DNA of 64,000 bases, taken from the NCBI GenBank assembly GCA_910586195.1, contig CAJUHO010000004.1, positions 9,295 to 73,294 of the forward strand, given 5' to 3'. Position numbers and translations under genes: made by a program. Below, one piece after another: positions 8,286-18,846 of this stretch; positions within the stretch are counted from its first letter, which is position 1, and every line of letters begins with the position of its first letter. The notes under the pieces are model-generated. The model made no database searches. It saw only the letters and a list, made by a program, of their open reading frames with translations, and was not told the DNA's origin. This DNA comes from an uncultured Bacilli bacterium (GTDB lineage: Bacteria > Bacillota_I > Bacilli_A > RF39 > UBA660).

Positions 8286-10925
8286 TTACACACCACCAAT
8301 TATACCTCTTTTTCGTAAACAAAATTTCCGCAGCCAATCTATAGGAATCACCGTAATAGCAAGTAAAATCATCATAATAAACTCCCCAATTGTTAAGCCT
8401 GCTGTTCGAAATAAACTACCTCCATAATAAATAAGCAGTATTTGTACTATTACAATAAATATCATAATAAATATAAAAATCTTATTCTCATTTAAATGTG
8501 ATAAAAGATTTAAGCGCTCTGTTCTAGCATTAAAAGCATTAAAAATATCGATGAAAATGAAAAGACCAAAAAATGCTGTCATAATATAAGTATCTTTAGC
8601 ATCTGTTCTAAAAAACTGATGAAACAAAGGACATTTCAAAAATATCAAACATAAAATTGCAGAATAACATCCCGTTACTAATATTTGATTAAACATATAA
8701 CGATTCATAATCGCTTCTTCCTTCTTTTTAGGATACTCATTCATGTATTCTGCTAAAGGTGGCTCATAGGCAAAAGCAAGTCCTGCTAGTGTATCCATTA
8801 CCATATTAATCCATAACATTTGAATAACAGTAACAGGAGTATCAATACCAATAAAGGGGCCGATAATTGATAAACTAATAGCACACATATTGATAGTTAG
8901 CTGTAAAATAATAAATTTTCTGATACTTTTAAAAATCGTTCTTCCAAATAATATAGCTTGTGCAATGGATGCAAAATTATCATCTAGAATTACAATATCA
9001 CTCGCTTCTTTCGATACCTCTGTACCGCTTCCCATTGCAAAACCAACATCAGCCTTTTTTAAAGCAGGAGCATCATTCACACCATCCCCCGTCATTCCAA
9101 CCACAAGTCCCGCCTCTTGGGAAACTCGTACCAACCTACTTTTATCTTGCGGAAGGGATCTTGCCACAATACGTAAATTGGGCAAAATCTGTTTTACTTC
9201 ATCATCAGTCATCATAGCAAGTTCCTTCGATGTTAATACAACATCACTATCTGCTTCTAAAAGTCCTACCTCCTTAGCAATAGAAATGGCCGTTTTCTTG
9301 TTATCCCCCGTAATCATAACCGTTTGAATATGGGCATTCCTTACTTGTCTCACCCCAGAAATTGCTTCACTTCTAACATCGTCCTTAATAAAAAGCACAC
9401 CAACAAAGGTAAGATTCGTAAGCAATTTATTAGAAGAGGGCATCATCGTAGCTAGTGCAATTGCACGAATTCCTCTATTTGTCATTTGATCAATTTCTTT
9501 TTCGATAACCTTTGAATCAAACTGATATCGTTTTTGTCCCAATACATCATAATAACTACTACATTTTGGCAAAATTACTTCAGGAGCACCTTTTACCAAG
9601 ACCTTTTTCCCCACATCTTCAATCATCGTTAATGAATACTTATTCTTACTATCGAAAGCGACCGTTTCTAACTTCTCATAATTTTCTGTTAGAGGAATCT
9701 TAGCAAATTCCAAGATTGCCCTATCTGTAATATTACCCCCTAATATTTTACTACCATCATAATTAAAACTACTAGCATTATTACAGACCATAGACTGCTT
9801 GGCTATCTTGTAAAACTTCTCATCCCTCATAATCTCTTCTTCTGAATAATATCGCTTATGAAAACCACTCAAAAACGTAACCACTTCTAGTCTACCCTTC
9901 GTTAAAGTTCCCGTTTTATCAGTAAATAAAATATTTAAACTTCCTGCTGTTTCAATTCCTGTTAACTTTCTAACCAATACATTGCTTTTCAACATTCGTC
10001 TCATATTAGAAGATAAAACAAGTGTAATCATCATAGGCAAACCTTCGGGTACTGCTACTACAATAATTGTCACACTAAGCGTCATAGCATAAAGAATATG
10101 AGAAGTAATTACTGGAAAATCTGTAACCATGGCAAGTATTTCATTTATAGAAAAGTTATTATTAATTACAATAGTTGAAAACAAATAAGAAATAGAAACC
10201 AAAACAGCACCCACATAACCAATACGACTAATCACTTGGGCTAGTCCACGCAAACGAATTTTCAAAGGACTATCTGGTTGCCTTTCCTGAATTTCTTCCG
10301 CCAACTTTCCAAATAAAGTATTATCTCCAACTGTTACAACTTCCATCAATGCTTCTTTTGAATAAACTACCGTTCCTCGATATACCTTATCTTCTATCCT
10401 TTTTGATATCTCATTTGCCTCTCCATTTAAAGAAGATTCGTCTACTGTAATTTCTCCTTCTATAATCTTCCCATCAGCAGGAATCTTGTCCCCCGTTTCT
10501 AAATAAACAATATCCCCTACTACAACATCTTCTATTTTAACCTCTTCTTTTTTCTTATTTCTTAAAACCCGACATTTTAATTTTAAAGATTCCTCCTGTA
10601 GTCTAGCAAAAGCCTTTTCACTTCCATACTCAGAAATAGACGAAATAAAAGATGCCACAAAAATAGCAATTACAATACCTACAGTTTCAAACCAATCAAA
10701 ATCTCTAATTAAAAATATTACTTTGATTCCTAAAGCAACCAATAAAATTTTAATAATAGGATCCCCCAAAGACTCTAACAACAACTTTAAAAAACTATCC
10801 TGTTTGCGTGTTGTTATTGTATTAGATCCATATTTAGAGCGATTTTCTACTACTTCTTTTTCAGTAAGTCCTACTATTTCCTGTTTCTTCATTACTTGTC
10901 CTCCTACACTAATGTATGAAGCCAA
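8286..10925 (-). CDS. calcium-translocating P-type ATPase (PMCA/SERCA-like)
   Basis: DKTGTLT phosphorylation motif, TGDN, GDGVNDAPAL, 10 TM architecture, 879 aa. Confidence 0.9.
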   Translation of the reverse strand: MASYISVGGQVMKKQEIVGLTEKEVVENRSKYGSNTITTRKQDSFLKLLLESLGDPIIKILLVALGIKVIFLIRDFDWFETVGIVIAIFVASFISSISEYGSEKAFARLQEESLKLKCRVLRNKKKEEVKIEDVVVGDIVYLETGDKIPADGKIIEGEITVDESSLNGEANEISKRIEDKVYRGTVVYSKEALMEVVTVGDNTLFGKLAEEIQERQPDSPLKIRLRGLAQVISRIGYVGAVLVSISYLFSTIVINNNFSINEILAMVTDFPVITSHILYAMTLSVTIIVVAVPEGLPMMITLVLSSNMRRMLKSNVLVRKLTGIETAGSLNILFTDKTGTLTKGRLEVVTFLSGFHKRYYSEEEIMRDEKFYKIAKQSMVCNNASSFNYDGSKILGGNITDRAILEFAKIPLTENYEKLETVAFDSKNKYSLTMIEDVGKKVLVKGAPEVILPKCSSYYDVLGQKRYQFDSKVIEKEIDQMTNRGIRAIALATMMPSSNKLLTNLTFVGVLFIKDDVRSEAISGVRQVRNAHIQTVMITGDNKKTAISIAKEVGLLEADSDVVLTSKELAMMTDDEVKQILPNLRIVARSLPQDKSRLVRVSQEAGLVVGMTGDGVNDAPALKKADVGFAMGSGTEVSKEASDIVILDDNFASIAQAILFGRTIFKSIRKFIILQLTINMCAISLSIIGPFIGIDTPVTVIQMLWINMVMDTLAGLAFAYEPPLAEYMNEYPKKKEEAIMNRYMFNQILVTGCYSAILCLIFLKCPLFHQFFRTDAKDTYIMTAFFGLFIFIDIFNAFNARTERLNLLSHLNENKIFIFIMIFIVIVQILLIYYGGSLFRTAGLTIGEFIMMILLAITVIPIDWLRKFCLRKRGIIGGV

Positions 10926-11122
10926 GCATTATTTCTATCAAATTTTAAATATCAATATTTGACAAATTCTTTTAAGGCAAGATATGTTGGAAAAATGAAA
11001 GAGTAGAAAAATTACGAATATATTACTGTCTAAAAAGTAATAAATATATTTCCTATTGTAAAAAAATCTCATTGGCAAAAAAGTCTATATTTGATAAAAT
11101 TAGAAAGAATGGAGGGATATTT

Positions 11123-12136
11123 TTGAATTTTATCAATAGTATTAAAGAACGTGCAAAAGAAAAATTACAGACAATTGTCTTAGTGGAAACAGACGATCTT
11201 CGAACATTAAAAGCAGCAGAAATAGTGTTAAAGGAAAGTTATGCCAATATTATTTTAGTAGGAGAAGAGATTGACATAAAAAAACTAGCAGACGAAAATA
11301 ATATAAATCTTCAACAAGCTAAAATTATTGATCCAAGAATAAGTGAACAAACCGAATTTTTGACTCAAGAATTCTATGAACTTCGAAAAAATAAAGGAAT
11401 TGACTTAGAAAAAGCAAGAAAAATTATAACAGAAAATCCATTATACTTTGGCTGTATGCTAGTAAAAGTAGGCTATGCTGATGGGATGGTAGCAGGTGCT
11501 ACCCATACAAGCAGTGACTTATTGCGAGCAGCTCTACAAACGATTAAAACAGAAAAAACAATTAAGGTAGCATCTTCTTTCATTTTAATCGATGTCCCAG
11601 ATTGCGATTATGGAGAGAATGGCCTATTTATCTATGCTGATGCTGGACTTAATCAAAATCCATCTAGCGAACAATTAGCAGAAATTGCCTATAGTTCCGC
11701 TCAAACTTTTAAATCTCTCATCAGCCGTGAACCATATGTAGCAATGCTTTCTCATTCTACTTTTGCATCGGCACCAGATCATCCTGATATCATCAAAGTA
11801 CGTGAGGCAGTAAAGTATGCACAAGCAAATTATCCAGGATTAAAAGTAGATGGTGAATTACAATTGGATGCTGCCATTATCCCAGAGGTAGCCAAAAGAA
11901 AAGCAAAAGATAGTATAGTGGCAGGACATGCTAATGTATTAATCTTTCCTGACCTAGATTCTGGAAATATTGCCTATAAAATTACGGAACGTCTCGCCAA
12001 AGCACAAGCTTATGGCCCTATTACCCAGGGACTTGCAAAACCGATTAACGATTTATCTAGAGGATGTAGTGCTGAAGATATTGCAGGAGCAATTGCTATC
12101 ACTGCAGTACAGGCAATTGAAAAAGTAAACACATAG
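11123..12136 (+). CDS. pta: phosphate acetyltransferase (phosphotransacetylase) family
   Basis: TIVLVETDDLRTLKAAE, GATHTSSDLLRAALQ, ITQGLAKPINDLSRGCS; TTG start at 11123 with GGAGGG RBS preferred over the upstream TTG at 11072. Confidence 0.65.
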   Translation: MNFINSIKERAKEKLQTIVLVETDDLRTLKAAEIVLKESYANIILVGEEIDIKKLADENNINLQQAKIIDPRISEQTEFLTQEFYELRKNKGIDLEKARKIITENPLYFGCMLVKVGYADGMVAGATHTSSDLLRAALQTIKTEKTIKVASSFILIDVPDCDYGENGLFIYADAGLNQNPSSEQLAEIAYSSAQTFKSLISREPYVAMLSHSTFASAPDHPDIIKVREAVKYAQANYPGLKVDGELQLDAAIIPEVAKRKAKDSIVAGHANVLIFPDLDSGNIAYKITERLAKAQAYGPITQGLAKPINDLSRGCSAEDIAGAIAITAVQAIEKVNT

Positions 12137-12191
12137 TTGCGCCTTTTTCTTTCTTCTGGTACAATAAGTCCTAAAAACACAAGGAGGAATT

Positions 12192-12764
12192 ATGACTACA
12201 AAATACTATAAACGTACAGGAACAAAAGATGAAAAAAAGAAAAGAGAATCAAATGAGACAAAGATGAAACGTGAAGAAAGAAAGGCTAAAATTGAGCACG
12301 AACAGAAAGTAGCATCATACAAAAAATCTCGTTATCGCAATACGGAATTAATGAGTCAAGAAAAAGAACATAAAAAGACAACTCAAATATTAGAAGATTA
12401 TTTATTCATCAAACAAAATTCTAGTGAGAACATTGGTCAATTAATAGAGGGATATCATGAATATTTTCAAACATATGGAGAAAATATGACTCCACTAGGA
12501 TTAAGAAATTTTCGAAAAGGTGTTGTTCAAACCATTAAAATCTTACAAAAACAAGATAGAAAAGAAGAATACCTAGAAGTCGATTCCCAAGAAAATACTA
12601 TTTGTCAAATTTACTCTAACTATTTTAATACATTATTAGATAGTGAGCTTGATTCAGAATTAACCGAAGCATTTATAAGTCCTACACTAAAGACGGATAT
12701 TTCTTTGGAAAGTATGGAAAAAGCAAAGACAAAAGTTAAAAACGCTCATAATAATATTAAATAA
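12192..12764 (+). CDS. hypothetical Lys/Glu-rich protein
   Basis: ORF with AGGAGG RBS (12183); no recognisable domain. Confidence 0.5.
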   Translation: MTTKYYKRTGTKDEKKKRESNETKMKREERKAKIEHEQKVASYKKSRYRNTELMSQEKEHKKTTQILEDYLFIKQNSSENIGQLIEGYHEYFQTYGENMTPLGLRNFRKGVVQTIKILQKQDRKEEYLEVDSQENTICQIYSNYFNTLLDSELDSELTEAFISPTLKTDISLESMEKAKTKVKNAHNNIK

Positions 12765-12775
12765 TAATTTACTTA

Positions 12776-12809
12776 AGGACACCATTCAATACATAAGTGT
12801 CCTTTTTAT
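12776..12809 (+). terminator. rho-independent terminator (aggacac...gtgtcct plus T5)
   Basis: 7-bp stem, about 14-nt loop, followed by TTTTTATT. Confidence 0.5.
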
Positions 12810-12941
12810 TATAATAATTAACTTTATATATCAACAAACTTACAAAATTCTATCGTTTTTTTCATTTTATTTTATATAATAAAATAAGTTCTTACAGATA
12901 TGTAAGATAAGAAACGAATTACTATGATACAATAGAGGCAG

Positions 12942-13613
12942 GTGATACATATGACTAAAGTATTAATTATAGAAGATAACCTAGAACAACAAAGAGAATT
13001 AAAACACCTATTATCTTCAGCAGGTTATGAAACAATACTAGCTCAAAATTTTTCTAATCTATTAACTGAGGTAGAAAGTATAAATCCCAATCTTATTCTA
13101 ATGGACATTAATCTTCCCTTTATTAGTGGAGAACTTTTTTTAAAAGAATTGCGAAAAAATAAAAATATTCCTGTAATTATGGTAACTAGTAAAAATAATG
13201 AAGCCGATGAGGTACTAAGTATGAGTTATGGTGCAGATGATTATATCACCAAACCTTATAATCCGACAATTCTACTGCTCCGCATTGAAGCTATCCTAAA
13301 ACGGTTGCAACAAACAAGTGACTTTTTAACATTAGATACTATGCAAGTATTTCCCGATCGCGGATTAATAAAATGCAAAGATAAAGAAATATTGCTTACA
13401 AAAAATGAAATGTTAATTTTAAAACTATTAATTCAAAATAGAGGAAAAATTGTATCAAGAGAAGAAATTATGGACGACTTATGGAATAGTTATGAATTCG
13501 TTGACGATAATACACTAACAGTTAATATATCTAGACTGCGTACCAAACTATCTGAAGCAGGATACGAGGGGATTATTCAAACAAGAAAGAAGCAAGGGTA
13601 TATCCTATTATGA
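12942..13613 (+). CDS. OmpR-family response regulator (BceR/GraR-like)
   Basis: Receiver domain (D in LILMDINLP) plus winged-helix trans_reg_C; start-stop overlap with the kinase. Confidence 0.85.
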   Translation: MIHMTKVLIIEDNLEQQRELKHLLSSAGYETILAQNFSNLLTEVESINPNLILMDINLPFISGELFLKELRKNKNIPVIMVTSKNNEADEVLSMSYGADDYITKPYNPTILLLRIEAILKRLQQTSDFLTLDTMQVFPDRGLIKCKDKEILLTKNEMLILKLLIQNRGKIVSREEIMDDLWNSYEFVDDNTLTVNISRLRTKLSEAGYEGIIQTRKKQGYILL

Positions 13614-14656
13614 AATTTAGCGACTTTTTAAAAGATAAAATATTTTCTATCTTTGTTTTCTTATTTGCTGACTTTTTCTGTTTCCTTTTTCTAACTATCT
13701 TTAAAGTTATAAATCCTCTCATTGTAATAATACTATTCGTGCTAATCACATCAGAATTATCTATTTTGTTTTATGAATTCTTCAGGCGTCGAAACTTTTA
13801 TAACTATTTAGACTTCCAGCTTAAAGAACTAGATCAAAAATATCTAATTACAGAATTATTACAAACTCCCAATTTTTTAGAAGGCAAAATTATAGTAGAT
13901 AGCCTCTATGAAATTAACAAATCCATGATAGAGAATTTAAATCAATATAAACATCATATTGAAGACTATAAAAATTACTTGGAAATGTGGATTCACGAAA
14001 TTAAAATACCTCTTTCGAATATTATACTTCACCTACATAATCAAAAAAGTGAAGTAGATAGTATCATAATAGATCAAATTAAAAAACTAGAAGATTATAT
14101 GGATCAAATTCTTTACTACTCTAGAGGGGAATATGCTGAAGTAGATTATTTTATTAAAGAGTGTTCCTTAAAGAAAATTATTAATCATGTTATCTTGCGA
14201 AATAAAGAAAGTCTTTTTCATAACAAGATTCATATTCATTTTGAAAAACAGGAATCCTTTATTTTCACAGATTCCAAATGGTTAGAGTTTATTCTAAATC
14301 AAATTATCATCAACAGTATTAAATACCAGGCAAAAAATATTAACATTTCTATCTATGAGGACAAGCGTAGTACAACACTATCTATTCGTGATGATGGTAT
14401 TGGCATATTAAAAAGTGACCTTCCCCGTATTTTTGAAAAAAGTTTTACTGGGAAAAATGGCCATCATAATACAAATTCCACTGGAATGGGACTTTATATT
14501 TGCCATAACCTTTGCAAAAAATTAGGACACTCTATTGAAGCAGTATCAGAGGTTAATGAGTTTACGGAAATCCTTATTACATTTTCAAAGCAAGATTTCT
14601 ATGCACCTATTCATGACTCTTACAAAAATGTAAGCATTTGTAAGGAAAATCGATAG
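13610..14656 (+). CDS. intramembrane-sensing histidine kinase (BceS-like)
   Basis: Two N-terminal TM helices with minimal loop; H-box EMWIHEIKIPLS; HATPase G-boxes DDGIGI, GMGLYIC. Confidence 0.85.
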   Translation: MKFSDFLKDKIFSIFVFLFADFFCFLFLTIFKVINPLIVIILFVLITSELSILFYEFFRRRNFYNYLDFQLKELDQKYLITELLQTPNFLEGKIIVDSLYEINKSMIENLNQYKHHIEDYKNYLEMWIHEIKIPLSNIILHLHNQKSEVDSIIIDQIKKLEDYMDQILYYSRGEYAEVDYFIKECSLKKIINHVILRNKESLFHNKIHIHFEKQESFIFTDSKWLEFILNQIIINSIKYQAKNINISIYEDKRSTTLSIRDDGIGILKSDLPRIFEKSFTGKNGHHNTNSTGMGLYICHNLCKKLGHSIEAVSEVNEFTEILITFSKQDFYAPIHDSYKNVSICKENR

Positions 14657-14702
14657 TAAAAAGAAAATATTTTTCTTAAAATGTTTATGGAGGAGGAAAA
14701 AT

Positions 14703-15470
14703 ATGAGTGAAATATTAAAAGTTGAAAAAATTGAAAAATATTATGGAGGAAAGTCCAATCTAACAAAGGCCTTAAATAACATCTCATTTACAGTTGATAA
14801 AGGAGAGTTTGTTGCTATCATGGGAGCCAGTGGAAGTGGTAAAACAACGCTGTTAAATTGTATTGCCACAATTGATAAAGTAACTTCTGGACATATTTTA
14901 GTAGATGGCTGTGATATTACAAAACTAAAAGGGAATGACTTAAATAAATTCCGTAGAGAAGAGTTAGGTTTTATTTTCCAAGATTTTAACCTTCTAGATA
15001 CCCTTACTGCCTATGAAAATATTGCACTTGCCCTATCAATTCAAAATGCAAACGTATATGAAATCGAAGAAAAAATTCGCAAGGTAGCAAGAGAGCTTGG
15101 AATCAAAGAGGTTCTAGATAAATACCCTTATCAAATAAGCGGGGGACAAAAACAGAGAGTAGCATCCGCACGAGCCATTATTACAGATCCAAAACTCGTT
15201 TTAGCAGATGAACCCACAGGAGCATTAGATTCAAAGTCATCTAAAATGCTACTTGAAAGGTTTAATTACTTAAATAAGGAACTAGAAGCAACCATTTTAA
15301 TGGTTACACATGACGCGTTTACAGCCAGTTATGCAAGTAGAGTAATTTTTATTAAGGATGGCAAAATATTCAATGAAATTCATCGTGGTGATGATACCAG
15401 AGGCGAATTCTTTGACAAAATCATTGACATTGTAACACTACTTGGAGGAGATATTAACGATGCTCTTTAA
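14703..15470 (+). CDS. ABC transporter ATP-binding protein (BceA/MacB-like)
   Basis: Walker A GASGSGKTT, signature SGGQKQRV, Walker B LVLADEPT. Confidence 0.9.
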   Translation: MSEILKVEKIEKYYGGKSNLTKALNNISFTVDKGEFVAIMGASGSGKTTLLNCIATIDKVTSGHILVDGCDITKLKGNDLNKFRREELGFIFQDFNLLDTLTAYENIALALSIQNANVYEIEEKIRKVARELGIKEVLDKYPYQISGGQKQRVASARAIITDPKLVLADEPTGALDSKSSKMLLERFNYLNKELEATILMVTHDAFTASYASRVIFIKDGKIFNEIHRGDDTRGEFFDKIIDIVTLLGGDINDAL

Positions 15471-17502
15471 ATTATCACTAAAAAACATAGAAAGAAGTTT
15501 TAAGGATTATGCCATCTACTTTTTTACCCTAATTTTAGGGGTTGCCATTTTTTATGTTTTTAACGCTATAGAAAGTCAAACGGTATTACTAAATGCAACC
15601 ACTTCTACTGCACAAATCATTAACCTAATGACCAATATGCTATCGGGTGTCAGCGTATTCGTCTCCTTCATTCTGGGATTTTTGATTATTTATGCCTCAA
15701 GATTTTTAATTAAAAGGCGGAATAAAGAATTTGGAATCTATTTAACCCTTGGAATGAGCAAGCGAAAAATCTCAATGATTTTGTTCATTGAGACAATTAT
15801 GATTGGGCTAATTTCACTAATAATTGGACTAGGAATAGGTATCATTCTATCTCAACTAATGAGTATATTAGTAGCCAATATGTTTGAAGCAGACATGACA
15901 AAATTTTCATTTATTCTATCTAAAAGTGCCTGTCTAAAATGTCTTATCTACTTTGGTATTATGTATTTACTTGTTATGATATTTAATACAGTCAATATTA
16001 GTAAATGTAAATTAATTGACCTACTACACGGGAATAAAAAATCTGAAAGAATAAAACTTAAAAATCCCCTTCTTTGTACTACTATTTTTATCATCTCTGC
16101 TAGTGCACTAGGTTTTGCTTACTATATGGTAACAGGTGGAATTACCACTATGCTAGATAGCGCTGATAAAATTTTCATTCCCATCATAATAGGAATTATT
16201 ACCACATTTTTAATCTTCTGGTCACTATCAGGATTAATGCTAAAAATTGTAATGAAGCAAAAAAAATTCTATTATAAAGGGCTTAACAGTTTCACCTTAA
16301 GGCAGATCAGTAGTAAAGTTAATACCACTGTATTTTCTATGACAATTATCTGTCTTATGCTATTTATTACAATTTGCGTTTTATCTAGTTCTCTTTCTAT
16401 AAAAAACTCAATGACAGCAAATTTAGAAGAATTAGCACCAGTTGATGTTCAACTTAGTAAATTTGTAAACCTTGATACAGCAAATAATGAAAATATTATA
16501 GCAGATACAAAGCTTTCCATCACAGACACACTTAAACAAAATCATTTTGATGTAAATAATAAATTAAAAGACATTACGGAATTCAATATTTATAAAACAG
16601 AGGAAGTAACATTCAAAGATACTTTAGGAGATAAATTAAACAGCATTTCAGCAAAATATAGACTTTTAAGGTATGATAAGTTAGAAATCATTGTAAAGAT
16701 TAGTGACTATAATAGAATTGCTAAATTATACGGAAAGAAACAATATAATTTAAAAGATAATGAATACATAATTATTGCAGATTATGATAGTATGATAGAA
16801 GTACGAAATATTGCTTTAAAAGATAATACACCTATCACTTTTAACAATACTACATATTATCCCAAATACAAGGAATGTAAAGATGGCTTTATCGATCTTT
16901 CTTCTAATCATATCAATGCAGGAATTATTTTAGTGCCAGATAATGCTACTGATTTACTTCCTTTAGAATATAAAGTTATGCTTGCTAATTACAATGCGGC
17001 CGATAAAGAAGAAAGGATAAACATAGATGAAGAGTTATTAGCATTTACCGAAAACACCTGGGATATTAGTAGCCTTACAGCAATAAACTCAAAGTTAAGT
17101 ATTGCCGAAAGTAGTATTGGTCTAGGGGCATTGGTTACTTTTATTGGTCTATATCTAGGAATTATCTTTTTAATCTCTAGTGCCGCTATTCTTGCCTTAA
17201 AAGAATTATCTGAAAGTAGTGACAATAAAGAAAGATTTCGCATGTTACGAAAAATTGGAGCAGATGAGAGATTAATTCATAAAGCACTATTTAGACAAAT
17301 TGCTATCTTCTTTACGTTCCCACTTATTATTGCCATTATTCACTCTATTTTTGGAATTATGTTCTGCAACTATATTTTAGAAACATTTGGAAATGAACAA
17401 TTATTACCGTCTATTATTATGACTTCTAGTTTTATTATTATCATTTATGGTGGATATTTTTTAATCACTTACTTTTGTAGCAAAAATATTTTAAAGGATT
17501 AA
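15460..17502 (+). CDS. ABC transporter permease, FtsX-fold BceB-like (10 TM, large extracellular loop)
   Basis: About 680 aa with two FtsX-like TM bundles; ATG at 15460 has GGAGGAG RBS (track ORF starts at 15442). Confidence 0.8.
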   Translation: MLFKLSLKNIERSFKDYAIYFFTLILGVAIFYVFNAIESQTVLLNATTSTAQIINLMTNMLSGVSVFVSFILGFLIIYASRFLIKRRNKEFGIYLTLGMSKRKISMILFIETIMIGLISLIIGLGIGIILSQLMSILVANMFEADMTKFSFILSKSACLKCLIYFGIMYLLVMIFNTVNISKCKLIDLLHGNKKSERIKLKNPLLCTTIFIISASALGFAYYMVTGGITTMLDSADKIFIPIIIGIITTFLIFWSLSGLMLKIVMKQKKFYYKGLNSFTLRQISSKVNTTVFSMTIICLMLFITICVLSSSLSIKNSMTANLEELAPVDVQLSKFVNLDTANNENIIADTKLSITDTLKQNHFDVNNKLKDITEFNIYKTEEVTFKDTLGDKLNSISAKYRLLRYDKLEIIVKISDYNRIAKLYGKKQYNLKDNEYIIIADYDSMIEVRNIALKDNTPITFNNTTYYPKYKECKDGFIDLSSNHINAGIILVPDNATDLLPLEYKVMLANYNAADKEERINIDEELLAFTENTWDISSLTAINSKLSIAESSIGLGALVTFIGLYLGIIFLISSAAILALKELSESSDNKERFRMLRKIGADERLIHKALFRQIAIFFTFPLIIAIIHSIFGIMFCNYILETFGNEQLLPSIIMTSSFIIIIYGGYFLITYFCSKNILKD

Positions 17503-17608
17503 AATACTATTAATAATGATTATATTTTTACCACTTGTTATTCTCCTAATCTTTTTCCTTATTATCGCAATCATAAAAGAAAGAAAATTATAAAATATCA
17601 AAAAATAT

Positions 17609-17640
17609 AGATACTTAGTTAATTACTCAGTATCTTTTTT
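17609..17640 (+). terminator. rho-independent terminator (agatact...agtatct plus T6)
   Basis: 7-bp stem, 13-nt loop, TTTTTT. Confidence 0.5.
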
Positions 17641-17727
17641 CATTTATATTAATAGTATATACCATGGCAATACATTGATAATGCATCTTTTTACGAAATT
17701 ATCTACAAATTAATATAAATATTTATA

Positions 17728-17777
17728 TTGACAAATGACAATTGCTGTTGTATAACTGTATTAATCAAGTAATACAG
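17728..17777 (+). promoter_or_regulatory. sigma-A-like promoter (TTGACA-17bp-TATAAC) overlapped by perfect palindrome CTGTATTA-N6-TAATACAG, candidate GntR operator
   Basis: Consensus -35 and near-consensus -10 with 17-bp spacer; 8-bp inverted repeat between -10 and the RBS GAGGAGGG of the GntR gene. Confidence 0.55.
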
Positions 17778-17789
17778 TGAGGAGGGATT

Positions 17790-18164
17790 ATGGAATTTAA
17801 TTTTGATAACTATCAACCAATTTATAAACAACTAATAGAACAAATTAAAATTGGTATCTTAACAGGAATATACCCCTGTGGAGAAAAATTACCATCAGTA
17901 AGAGAATTAGCTCTAATCACAAAGGTAAATCCAAACACAATTCAACGAGCACTAACAGAGCTTGAAGATAATGAGTTAATTATAACGAAAAGAACTTCTG
18001 GAAAATTTGTAACTAGTAATGAGAAAAAAATTACTATAATGAGAAATGAGCAGGCTGATAAATTAATTGAAAAATTTTTAAATGATAGTAAAAAATTAGG
18101 TATAGAATATCAAGAAATAATTAAAATGATAGAGAAAAAAGGAGAAAATTATGAGTCTAATTGA
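17790..18164 (+). CDS. GntR-family (YtrA subfamily) transcriptional regulator
   Basis: N-terminal wHTH KLPSVRELALITKVNPNTIQRAL; short C-terminal domain (124 aa). Confidence 0.8.
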   Translation: MEFNFDNYQPIYKQLIEQIKIGILTGIYPCGEKLPSVRELALITKVNPNTIQRALTELEDNELIITKRTSGKFVTSNEKKITIMRNEQADKLIEKFLNDSKKLGIEYQEIIKMIEKKGENYESN

Positions 18165-18846
18165 ATTTAGAAATGTAGATAAAAAATTTGGATATAAAAT
18201 AGCATTAGATAATGTAAATATCAAATTTGAAAAAGGAAAAATTTATGGGTTACTGGGGCCAAATGGTTCTGGAAAAACCACTATGATAAAATTAATAAAC
18301 GATTTATTGCAACCAACTTCTGGAAAGGTTCTTATAAAAGAAAATGAACCAGGAGTCGAGAGCAAGAAAATCATTTCCTATCTTCCAGAAAGGACATATT
18401 TAAATATGGATATGAAAGTATCTGAATTATTGGAATTCTTTTCCGATTTTTATGAAGATTTCGACTATGATAAGGCAATCGAATTACTTAAAAAATTAGA
18501 TATTGCCACTGATGCCAAATTAAAAACAATGTCAAAAGGAACAAAGGAAAAGGTACAACTCATTGTTGTCATGAGTAGAAAAGCAGATATTTATATTTTA
18601 GATGAGCCAATCGGAGGCGTAGATCCTGCTAGCAGAGATTACATTCTAGAAACAATTTTAAATAATTTTAATGAAAACTCTACTCTTATTATCTCTACAC
18701 ATTTAATTGCAGATATTGAAAAAATTTTAGATGAAGTAGTTTTCATTAATAAAGGAAAAATCGTTTTAAACGAAAATGCTGACAACATTCGTACAAAGAA
18801 AAAAACAACAATTGATGCACTATTTAGGGAGGAATTTAAATGCTAA
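18151..18846 (+). CDS. ABC transporter ATP-binding protein
   Basis: Walker A GPNGSGKTT, signature MSKGTKEKV, Walker B ILDEP. Confidence 0.85.
   Translation: MSLIEFRNVDKKFGYKIALDNVNIKFEKGKIYGLLGPNGSGKTTMIKLINDLLQPTSGKVLIKENEPGVESKKIISYLPERTYLNMDMKVSELLEFFSDFYEDFDYDKAIELLKKLDIATDAKLKTMSKGTKEKVQLIVVMSRKADIYILDEPIGGVDPASRDYILETILNNFNENSTLIISTHLIADIEKILDEVVFINKGKIVLNENADNIRTKKKTTIDALFREEFKC

Noticed and set aside
8218-8427. 69-aa + strand ORF after the sleB-like gene
   Set aside because: It overlaps the 3' end of the Ca-ATPase gene antisense and starts inside the terminator region; no RBS.
11072-11122. Longer N-terminus for pta from the TTG at 11072
   Set aside because: No RBS. The TTG at 11123 follows GGAGGG and aligns with typical Pta N-termini.
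15442-15459. Upstream start (MEEILT) for the BceB-like permease
   Set aside because: The ATG at 15460 has a properly spaced GGAGGAG RBS and gives the conserved MLFKLSL N-terminus; 15442 lacks an RBS.
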